Origin: Candidatus Acetothermia bacterium
GTDB taxonomy: Bacteria; Bipolaricaulota; Bipolaricaulia; RBG-16-55-9; DRXL01
Direction: 5' to 3'
Length of the DNA: 64,000 bases
Assembly: GCA_016179105.1 (NCBI GenBank)
Contig: JACOSB010000035.1
Location: 9,479 to 73,478, forward strand
Positions within the stretch are counted from its first letter, which is position 1. The number at the start of each line of letters is the position of its first letter. The notes under the pieces are model-generated. The model was not told the DNA's origin. It did not search any database and was given only the letters and a program-made list of their open reading frames with translations. The translations under genes were made by a program, and so were the position numbers. Below are positions 38,737-47,300 of this stretch, piece by piece.

Positions 38737-39780
38737 TTACCCTTTGATCGTGGCCGGTACTCTCTGTTCGTCCGGCTTCCGCCCTAATTTCTTAAGTTTC
38801 TCGAATCCTTCCATGAACAAGAAGAAGCTCGCGGTCCACGCGCCCAGCACAATGAATGCCGTGGTCGTTAGGCTACTGAGCGCAAGCACGGAAAGCCCCG
38901 TGAAGCCATGCCCAATGTTGCAGCCGCCCGCGACTTGGGCTCCAAAGCCCATGAGAATACCACCCGCGAGCGCTTGCAACGTCCTACTTGCTGACGGAAG
39001 TCTCAGCTTCGCTTCGCCGCAGAGCCGACTTGCAACAAGAGCTCCAACGAATAATCCGATGAGCAAATAGCTGCCCCAGTCCAGCAACTTAAAATCCCCT
39101 GTAGTGATAAACTCAAAGAGTGAGCGAATTGGGCCGGTGATCGAGAGCCCGTAGGCACGCCCGGTTGCGCTCGAACTGAGCCACGCAGCCAAGCTGATGG
39201 CTCCCAGAATGAGCCCTGTTCTTTTCCAGGACCAGCCCTGTTGATATGTTGAAGGACCAGCTCGTAGCAACCAGACGAAGATCGGGACCCCGATGATGGC
39301 GACCAGAATCCAAACATTCAATCCAGTTAAGTTCGCTAACTGTGGAGTTTCTCCGTTGATCTGGATCGTCTGGGCTCGAAGCAGGTCTTGTAATGGCTTG
39401 AGCACGCCGATGTCAGTTGCAACCGTTGAGAGCCCGAATCCCAAGAGCGCTATGAGTGAACCGATCATGCCCTCGCCGACGCGATAGCACGTGCCGCTGC
39501 CGCAGCTGCCCGCGAGCACCATCCCCATTCCGAAGACGAAGCCACCGACAATGTTGGCTTGCCAGAAGAAAGGCGGCACATCGGGCTTGAGGAGATTCAG
39601 CGAAGCAAAGATCTGAACGCCGATGAGTTGGATCAACAGAGCTGTAGCCCACGCACGCAAAAGCGTCGTGTCACGCAACAATAAAACATCGCGAAAGGCC
39701 GTGTTGATGCAGAAGCGCCCGCGCTGAAGTGTATAACCGAGCGCCACTCCTACTACGAGACCCAATAGAACTGCCGACAC
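38737..39780 (-). CDS. YeeE/YedE (TsuA) family thiosulfate/sulfur transporter
   Basis: LQRGRFC, GGFVFGMGMVLAGSC, LMGFGAQVAGGCNIG, with all three family Cys present. GTG start 39780 after GGAGGAG. Confidence 0.92.
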   Translation of the reverse strand: MSAVLLGLVVGVALGYTLQRGRFCINTAFRDVLLLRDTTLLRAWATALLIQLIGVQIFASLNLLKPDVPPFFWQANIVGGFVFGMGMVLAGSCGSGTCYRVGEGMIGSLIALLGFGLSTVATDIGVLKPLQDLLRAQTIQINGETPQLANLTGLNVWILVAIIGVPIFVWLLRAGPSTYQQGWSWKRTGLILGAISLAAWLSSSATGRAYGLSITGPIRSLFEFITTGDFKLLDWGSYLLIGLFVGALVASRLCGEAKLRLPSASRTLQALAGGILMGFGAQVAGGCNIGHGFTGLSVLALSSLTTTAFIVLGAWTASFFLFMEGFEKLKKLGRKPDEQRVPATIKG

Positions 39781-39793
39781 AGTTTCTCCTCCG

Positions 39794-40762
39794 TTACCAG
39801 CACGTGCTCGTATGGCGGTCACCATTGGCAACTACGCCTCCGGTCGCGACAGGGAATTTTTCGTCACTGCCCCATTCAGCCCAAGAAGCATCATAGACGC
39901 GCACATCTGAATAGCCCAACAGTCTCAATTGAAAGTACGCGAGCGCGGCACGCACGCCCGTCTCGCTGTAGGTCAAGATTGTTCTCGATGGACCGATGTT
40001 GCGATAAAGCAATCTAAGCTCGTTCGCTTTCTTAAAGTATCCGTTCAACTCTAACGCTTTTTCGGCGGGCACGAGCAACGCCCCAGGAATATGTCCAATA
40101 TGCTCTCCGTGCGAATGTCCGCTGCCGTAGCCCATTGCGTATTCTTGAGCTGTGCGCGAGTCGATTACTTGTATGCTTGGGTCTGGTAGATGTTCGAGCA
40201 GCCAATCCCCGGTAACGATCTTCTTCGCGTCGGCGCGCAGATTGAGCTTTGAAGGTGTAAGCGAAGGCGTTTCGTTCGTGAGTCTTCCACCCACAGCGGT
40301 CCACGCAGCCAAACCTCCGTCCAAGAGTTTTACATTCTGAAACTGATAGTATTCGAGAATCCAGAAGAGACGCCCCGCCCAGCGGCTTTGCTCGTCATCG
40401 TACAACACAATCGTCATGTCTCTGTCCATAGCAGCCCGTTCGAGCAAAGGCTGAAGCTGTTCGGGCGAGGCGACTAATCTTGGGAAACCTTGGGTCCACG
40501 TGTTTACGTCTGCGTCCCACAGATTCACAGAATTAGGGATATGCTGGAACCGATACTTGAGCGGGCCACGAGCATCAACGATGCGCACTTTAGACGTCTC
40601 ATCCACGCGCTCCTGAAGCCACTGGGCAGTGACGAGCAAATCGGAATTGGGATAGGTAGCACTGAGCGCTCGAAAGCCGTACAGGCCTGAGCCAATCACG
40701 CTCAAGGCCAAACCCGCTTCTACCGTTCTTTTAAGCAGGTCACGTCGCGAAAGAGTGCTCAT
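39794..40762 (-). CDS. Tat-exported tandem-domain rhodanese (sulfurtransferase) homolog with Cys-to-Ser at the active site
   Basis: SRRDLLK twin-arginine motif; IVDAR....Y...HIP, LDGG..AW, IDSR...EY, GHIPGA, YDASW.EW. Active loop reads TYSETGVRA. Confidence 0.88.
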   Translation of the reverse strand: MSTLSRRDLLKRTVEAGLALSVIGSGLYGFRALSATYPNSDLLVTAQWLQERVDETSKVRIVDARGPLKYRFQHIPNSVNLWDADVNTWTQGFPRLVASPEQLQPLLERAAMDRDMTIVLYDDEQSRWAGRLFWILEYYQFQNVKLLDGGLAAWTAVGGRLTNETPSLTPSKLNLRADAKKIVTGDWLLEHLPDPSIQVIDSRTAQEYAMGYGSGHSHGEHIGHIPGALLVPAEKALELNGYFKKANELRLLYRNIGPSRTILTYSETGVRAALAYFQLRLLGYSDVRVYDASWAEWGSDEKFPVATGGVVANGDRHTSTCW

Positions 40763-40785
40763 GCTTCGTCACTTATCTAGCTCGT

Positions 40786-41976
40786 TTAGCGACTACCGCA
40801 GCAGGGCAAGGCGCACGCCTCACCACCGAGGTTGACGATCGGCAGAGAGTTTAACGCGACACCGAGTAAAGCGGGCACTGAGGTCTTTAGAGCTATAGCG
40901 CCTGCAGGCCGCGGCCCGACGTTGATCGTCTTGATGACTTTCTGCTGCGCCACGTCGACGACGACAACTGTGTTCTGGTTTTGAATCGGGACATAGAATT
41001 TCTTCCCGTCGATCGAAAAATCTCCGGTGATGGGGTTGCCACCCTTGGCCAACTCAATCGTGTTGACGATCTTAAGCTCTTTAAGATCGACCACGCTGAT
41101 CGTCCCGCTGTCGCGGTTGATGATAAAGTTAAACTTCGCGTCGAGGGTGAATTCATCCGTAATTGGGCCCTTGCCCAAACCGTCATCCGGCGTGAGCCGT
41201 TTGACCTCCACAGGCGTTAGTGGGTTGCTCACATCGAAGATGCTCTCGGTCCCGCTTGGCGGTTCGACGTTCTCGACGAAGACCCATTTCCCATCGCGCG
41301 AGGCTGTTCCCATAAAGGGTTCGACTTTTTGATCGGCCTTAGTCAGAACTTTCGGTACCGGCACCGTCGCGATCACTTTAAAGCTCGCCAGATCGATGAC
41401 TGAAAAATTGTCGCTATTGCGGTCTGGGCTGTATGAGTACTTCCCGTCGGGCGAGACGGTGATGTCGCAAGGTCCAGCGTTGTTGTAGGTCTTAAAGTTC
41501 GCGATTACTTCGCCAAAGTTTGGCTTGGATGGATCAGCGCCAATTTTAAAATATGTGTCCGTAAATCGATTGGACGAGATCGTGAACTGCCCATCGGGTG
41601 TTGTCTCTGTGTAGTTCTGGGCCGAGTTGGTCGCGATCTTTTTGACGACCTTACCTTGGGCAAGATCAATCACTTGCACCTCTTTGGCTTGGTCCGCTAG
41701 CAGACCAGTCCAGATTAGGCTGGTCGTCTTAAAGTGCTTATTCGCACCGAAACTAAAGTTGCTCCCGGCGGCGATCGTCTTGACGATCGTGTCAGTCACG
41801 CTGTCGATGAGCGTGACGCTGTTATCGCCTGTGTTGGAGATGGCGATCAAATCCTTGGCTTCGCTTTGTGCAAAGCCCAAAGAGGACCGCGAGAGCACCC
41901 AGGCGACACCCGTCGTAGCACTCATAACTTTGAGGAAAGAACGACGTGAGATCGACTTTTCTTTGCTTCGACTCAT
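40786..41976 (-). CDS. Tat-exported YncE/YVTN-like beta-propeller protein with Cys-rich tail
   Basis: SRRSFLK twin-arginine motif, propeller repeats (SPDGKY.Y, TLDAKF, SIDGKKFYV, INVGPRP), C-terminus CALPCCGSR. AAGGAGG SD before ATG 41976. Confidence 0.82.
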   Translation of the reverse strand: MSRSKEKSISRRSFLKVMSATTGVAWVLSRSSLGFAQSEAKDLIAISNTGDNSVTLIDSVTDTIVKTIAAGSNFSFGANKHFKTTSLIWTGLLADQAKEVQVIDLAQGKVVKKIATNSAQNYTETTPDGQFTISSNRFTDTYFKIGADPSKPNFGEVIANFKTYNNAGPCDITVSPDGKYSYSPDRNSDNFSVIDLASFKVIATVPVPKVLTKADQKVEPFMGTASRDGKWVFVENVEPPSGTESIFDVSNPLTPVEVKRLTPDDGLGKGPITDEFTLDAKFNFIINRDSGTISVVDLKELKIVNTIELAKGGNPITGDFSIDGKKFYVPIQNQNTVVVVDVAQQKVIKTINVGPRPAGAIALKTSVPALLGVALNSLPIVNLGGEACALPCCGSR

Positions 41977-41990
41977 ATGCTTGCCTCCTT

Positions 41991-42010
41991 GGCAGTGACG
42001 CCTCACTGCC
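41991..42010 (-). promoter_or_regulatory. Perfect 8-bp hairpin abutting the Shine-Dalgarno of the beta-propeller gene
   Basis: GGCAGTGA-GGCG-TCACTGCC immediately 5' of AAGGAGG. Confidence 0.5.
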
Positions 42011-42095
42011 TGTCTCAAATAATGCTTATCAGCTACTCATCAAGGTGTGCCATTCTCTTGACAACTAGAGAGAGTTTGACTGAATGACGCTATCT

Positions 42096-42166
42096 AGTGT
42101 ACGCGAGCTGCTAGAACTGTATGCAGGTCTGCCTAAATCAGGCAACCCACATACAGCCCGTACACT
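42096..42166 (-). promoter_or_regulatory. Long imperfect hairpin in the sulfur-operon leader
   Basis: Nested pairs AGTGTACG/CGTACACT, CTGTATG/CATACAG and GCCT/AGGC. Confidence 0.5.
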
Positions 42167-42362
42167 TGCACGGAGAGTGGGGAGCTAATTGGGAAAGAAT
42201 AGGGGGGTGAAACAAGAAAGAGCTCTGACGATTGGATTTAGTGTCCCCTTCGGGGATGGTTGAATCCCCTCGCCTTCTAGGCGAAGGAAAGTTTGGCGAA
42301 ATGTGAGCAAAGCGAACATGAGCCGCCGTTGTCGTTTCTGTACTCGTTCTTTGACTTTGCAT
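42138..42362 (-). CDS. Putative upstream ORF / leader peptide ending CKCTGCMWVA
   Basis: 74-aa ORF just downstream of the promoter at 42389-42417. AAAGGA lies 11 nt before the ATG. All three Cys are in the last 10 codons. Confidence 0.35.
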   Translation of the reverse strand: MQSQRTSTETTTAAHVRFAHISPNFPSPRRRGDSTIPEGDTKSNRQSSFLFHPPILSQLAPHSPCKCTGCMWVA

Positions 42363-42388
42363 TTGGACTCAATTCCTTTAGTGGCTCT

Positions 42389-42417
42389 AAGATATCAGAC
42401 TGTGCCTCACTCGTCAA
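42389..42417 (-). promoter_or_regulatory. Sigma70 promoter of the sulfur operon
   Basis: TTGACG-N17-TATCTT with TG extension on the minus strand, just after the SelD-like stop. Confidence 0.6.
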
Positions 42418-42424
42418 GGATTTC

Positions 42425-43825
42425 TCAATTGGCAACTTGAAATGCCGCCGACCAGTCCGAGATAAAATCTTTAGCAGCCGCGGGCACGGTGAGCGTGCCC
42501 TTGTCGGAGCGCTTACGCTCGATATGCCCGATCACTTGCGGATTGTGTCCCAGTTTTTTCAGCTCTAGCTCGATTTGCTGAATGACTTTGGGGCTGGCGA
42601 CGATTGCGAGCGCCCCGTTCGTGCCAGAAGTTCCGTTTGGAATGATAAACTGCTTGGATGCTTCACGGACTAACTTTTCGTAAATTAACGGGATTCGTTC
42701 GAGCCTCACGTCGACGTTCGCGTTCTCGGCCAGCTCTTGAAAAATGTCCAAGCCGGGGCCGGAGAGATCGCCCGTCGCTTTGATATGCTGACTTGGGTCA
42801 AACGCCTCGTTAAGCTTTGGAGAATGTCCATAGATTACTCGGCCGATTTCCAAATTGGGCTTCGAGAGAAGGTCTACGATATGGTCTTTCGCGCAGCGAA
42901 CTTCTTCGGGTTGAAGACCGAGCTTTTGCAAATAGCCATCGCCCATCACCAATCCCTCGATCCAGAGATTGATCGGGGCGAGATCGCCGAAGGGACGATG
43001 GACAAGAATCAGATCGCCCTTCTGAATTTTGTCGTAGAATGTCGGCGTCTGTCGATCCGTCTCAGCGAAGACGGTCGCGCCGAGCAAAAGCGTTTTCTCC
43101 GAGACGGGCTCGCGCTCCACTAGCTCAAAGCCATAGCGACGTGAATGATCTCGGAGATTCTGCAAGATTTTCTGACGCAGCGATTCGTTGGGGGCGGCAT
43201 AGACTGGATGAATCTGGATATTCTGCACGGCTCCGAGTGAGAAAAGATCATTCAAGGCGTTGTTGATCGCGGCGGCAGTCTGCTGCGGTGCTCCCAGGTC
43301 GATTGTGGGGTCGATCAATTGAATCGTGTCGTTATTCGCGATGAGAAAACCCCGTGGCTGGCCACGCTTCTCGCTCAGGAAAAAATCAAAAAGAGCGAAT
43401 TCGTCTTCGGGCGTATAAGCCTCGATCGTGTGCCCCTTCCCGATCATAATTTGCAGTTGCTTCGCCGGGAATTTTTCATAAAGTTTCAGCCACTTTTGTG
43501 CCAGCGCTTCAGGTTGGCGTGTGCGATAGACCGAAGTGACGGTGATCGCGCGCTCCGGCTTGAATTCACTCACTGAGTCTAGCGAAAACTGTGAGAAAGG
43601 CGCGTGTATGCGCTTGATTTGTGGCGCTCCGTAAAGTGGAGAGATGTCGGCGTCTTCGCGCGGAGCGAGGTTAATGCCCCACTGTTTGAGAGTCGGCTTG
43701 ATCTGATGTAGGGCCGGATAGACAACACGTCGTAAATCAATCTTGACCGCGCAGCCGCAGGCCAATTTATGCGGGTTCAGATTTAAATCAGAAAGATATT
43801 TTTGGATCTCATCCCACGTTTGCAT
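42425..43825 (-). CDS. SelD-related (AIR-synthase/PurM superfamily) putative sulfur-metabolism protein
   Basis: NPHKLACGCAVKIDL..VVYPAL (Cys/Lys loop), REDADI, NNALNDLFSLG (cf. SelD NALSDIYAMG), ATGDLSGPG (cf. TDVTGFG). Longer than canonical SelD. Confidence 0.78.
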   Translation of the reverse strand: MQTWDEIQKYLSDLNLNPHKLACGCAVKIDLRRVVYPALHQIKPTLKQWGINLAPREDADISPLYGAPQIKRIHAPFSQFSLDSVSEFKPERAITVTSVYRTRQPEALAQKWLKLYEKFPAKQLQIMIGKGHTIEAYTPEDEFALFDFFLSEKRGQPRGFLIANNDTIQLIDPTIDLGAPQQTAAAINNALNDLFSLGAVQNIQIHPVYAAPNESLRQKILQNLRDHSRRYGFELVEREPVSEKTLLLGATVFAETDRQTPTFYDKIQKGDLILVHRPFGDLAPINLWIEGLVMGDGYLQKLGLQPEEVRCAKDHIVDLLSKPNLEIGRVIYGHSPKLNEAFDPSQHIKATGDLSGPGLDIFQELAENANVDVRLERIPLIYEKLVREASKQFIIPNGTSGTNGALAIVASPKVIQQIELELKKLGHNPQVIGHIERKRSDKGTLTVPAAAKDFISDWSAAFQVAN

Positions 43826-44329
43826 AGAGCAGGCCCCTTTGAACGCTTGACGTTTTTATTGTGTAGATGGAGACAAAGTTAATAGACGTGCCAACGCTCG
43901 AAAAAATCCCTACGAGACGGATGATTGAAGCTTGAAGATGGGGATAGGCTGCGCGTGAAAAACTAACAGAGTGTGTGCCGACAAAGGCAACCACTGGCGA
44001 GTCTGTTAGCTACGACAAAGGCGATCACCGCACATAAAATTTTCCTCCATTTGGAAACTGTGGGCTATTGTATCACGATAGGTTAGGCCTGTCAAGAAAT
44101 TCAGTGAGTGCCGTTAGCCAAAAAAAGTGATCCTGGTACGATGGGAGTGGGACACGTGGGCTTTAGTCGCACTATAGACTTAGCCTACAATTTTCTTGAG
44201 AGATTGGACGCGAGAAGGTGTATGGAGACAAGAACGGGGCTCACTTCTGCAATGGTCACCTTGCCCAACTTAACTTTTTTTGAATTCCCAACTGATAAAA
44301 GATTTAGTGGTCCTAAGGAGGAGTTTCGC

Positions 44330-47300
44330 GTGTGCACCCATTCTCACACCAAAGATGCTAATGAGCCAAACTGTTTAGCTAGACGCACATGGCTATTATT
44401 CAGTGCATTTCTGTTGACAGCGTTGCTAGTCGGAAGTACGGCTCTAGCTGCTCCCGATCTTTCAATCGCTAAGAGCCACAGCGGTAATTTTACCGTAGGA
44501 ATCAATGGGGTTTACACGATCACGGTCACTAACGTCGGACCGGATAGCACCACCGGAGCAATCACTGTGACGGATACCCTACCCACCGGGTTAAACTTTG
44601 TCTCGGGCACCGGCAGCGGTTGGAGCTGCTCGGCCGTCGGTCAAACCGCGACTTGCACGAATGCCGGCCCGCTCGCCGCCAGTGCCACCAGCAACATTAC
44701 CCTCACCGTGAGCGCAAGCGCTGCGGGAAACTTGACCAATATCGCGAATGTCGCCACATCGGGCGACACAAACTCGGCCAACGATACAGCGAGCGATCCC
44801 ACCACCGTGAACGCGAACCCTCAACCCGATTTGCAGATCACCAAGAGCCATAGCGGAAATTTTACGTTGGGGATCAACAGTGTCTACACCCTAACTGTGA
44901 CCAACGTCGGCTCCGCTAGTACCACAGGCACCATCACTGTCACCGATACTCTTCCGACGGGCTTAAGCTTTGTCTCGGGCATTGGCAGTGGATGGAGCTG
45001 TTCTGCGGTTGTGCTGACCGTGACCTGCACAAACCCTGGTCCCTTGGCTCCGAGCGCAACGGCGAGTATCACACTTACTGTCGGCGTGAACGTAGCTGGC
45101 AACGTAACTAACCTCGCCACTGTCTCGACCTCCGGCGATACCAACGCCTCGAACGATACAGCGAGTGACCCCACTACGGTCAATACAACTCCCCAGCCGG
45201 ACTTAGCGATCAGCAAGAGCCACAGCGGGAATTTTACGGTCGGCGTCAACGGGTCCTATACGCTCACTATCACCAACGTCGGCTCGTCAAGTACGAGTGG
45301 CACAATTACCGTGACGGATACACTGCCTACGGGCCTGAGTTTTGTATCCGGGGTCGGAACGAGTTGGAGCTGCGGAGCGGTGGGACTGACGGTCACTTGT
45401 ACCAACCCCGGCCCGCTCGCGCCGAGCGCCACCAGCACGATCACTCTGACGGTGAGCGTCAGTATCTCAGGGAATGTCACCAATATTGCGACGGTTTCTA
45501 CTGCGGGCGACACGAATGCTGCGAATAATACCGCGAGCAATCCCACAGCCATCAACGCCACCCTCCAACCCGACTTATCGGTCAGCAAGACTCACGCTGG
45601 TAACTTCACCCGAGGAGTGAACGGAACCTACACAATCACAGTCACCAACGTCGGTGCAGCCAGTACCACTGGCACGCTCACGGTAACAGACACGCTCCCC
45701 TCGGGTTTGAGCTTCGTCTCGGGCGCCGGTACTGGCTGGACTTGTTCTGCCGTCGGCCAAACCGTCACTTGCACTAACGCCACCGCGCTTGCTCCCAGCA
45801 CTAGCAGCACGATAACTCTCACCGTCAGTGTTAACGTCGCTGGCAATGTCACCAACATTGCGACCGCCGCGGGCTCTGGTGATACGAACCCAGCGAACGA
45901 TACCACCAGCGACCCGACTACCATCAACACTACGGCACAACCTGATCTTTTGATCAGCAAGAGCCACAGTGGGAATTTTACGGTCGGCGTTAACGGGACC
46001 TATACACTCATTGTCACCAACGTCGGCTCCGCCAGTGCGACGGGGACCCTCACGGTCACGGACACGCTCCCGACGGGCTTGAGCTTTGTCTCGGGCACCG
46101 GCAGCGGCTGGAGCTGCTCGGCCGTCGGTCAAACGGTTACCTGTACTAACCCTGGTCCTTTGGCCGTCAGCGCGAGCAGCACGATTACTCTCACCGTCGG
46201 CGTGAACATCGCGGGCGGGGTGACCAACATCGCGACTGTCACCAACTCTGCCGACACCAATCCAGCGAATAATACTGCCAGTGATCCAACGACTATCGTG
46301 GGAGCCACGGGAGTCGATCTCGCAATTACGAAGAGCCACAGCGGGAATTTTTCTGTTGGGGTGAATGGGACCTATACGATCACGGTGACGAACCTCGGGT
46401 CAGCTAGCACCACTGGAACCATCACCGTGACGGACACGCTGCCCACGGGCATGAGCTTTGTTGCTGGGATCGGCAGCGGCTGGACTTGTTCGGCCAGCGG
46501 TCAGACTGTTAGCTGCACTAATCCCGGCCCACTCGCTCCCAGCGCTAGCAGCACCATTACGCTCACTGTCGGCGTCAATGTCGCCGGAAGCCTGACCAAT
46601 ATTGCCACCGTCGCAGCCTCTGGTGATACAAATTCTGCAAACAATACAGCCAGCGATCTTACGATTATCATGGGCACCAATGGGCTTGACCTGACAATCA
46701 CCAAGAGCCATAGCGGAAATTTCACGCTGGGCGTCAACGGGACCTACACACTTACGGTAACGAACGTCGGCTCCGCCAGCACGACGGGGACCATTACTGT
46801 GACAGACACGTTGCCCACGGGTTTGAGCTTTGTTGCTGGGATCGGCAGCGGCTGGACTTGTTCGACTGTTGGCCCAATTGTCACGTGTACGAACCCCGGC
46901 CCCCTCGCTCCCAGCGCTAGCAGCACGATCACTCTAACAGTGAATGTCAGTCTCGCCGGGAATTTGACGAATATAGCAACTGTTTCGGTCTCAGGTGATA
47001 CCAATTCGACGAACAACATCGCCAGTGATGCCACGACTATCAATGCGACGCCTCAACCCGACCTTTCGATCAGCAAGAGTCACAGCGCGAGTTTTATAGC
47101 CGGGACCGATGGGACCTATACGATCACGGTGACGAACGTGGGCTCCGCCAGCACGACGGGGACCATTACCGTGACGGACACGTTGCCCACGGGCATGAGC
47201 TTTGTTGCTGGGATCGGCAGCGGCTGGACTTGTTCGGCTGTCGGGCAAATTGTCACGTGTACGAACCCCGGCCCACTCGCTCCTAGTGCCACCAGCACTA

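Noticed and set aside
42240-42330. TCCCC-TTC-GGGGA hairpin plus GAAGGAAAGT resembling the RNase P RNA 5' region, and TTGTCAAGAG resembling a SAM-I start
   Set aside because: The downstream conserved cores of RNase P, SAM-I and Moco RNAs could not be found by eye. An Infernal/Rfam search would settle it.
43963-44022. Hairpin CTAACAGA/TCTGTTAG with direct repeat CGACAAAGGC, considered as a c-di-GMP riboswitch upstream of the giant surface protein
   Set aside because: It lacks the GAAA tetraloop/receptor and second stem of c-di-GMP-I. It could be an operator, but support is too weak.
44108-44329. ORF-track 5' extensions (44108, 55939, 42018, 39831, 38555, 33504, 30840, 30092, 11644, 7863)
   Set aside because: Better starts with SD sequences, translational coupling or family-typical N-termini exist downstream, and some extensions overlap promoters or neighbouring genes.
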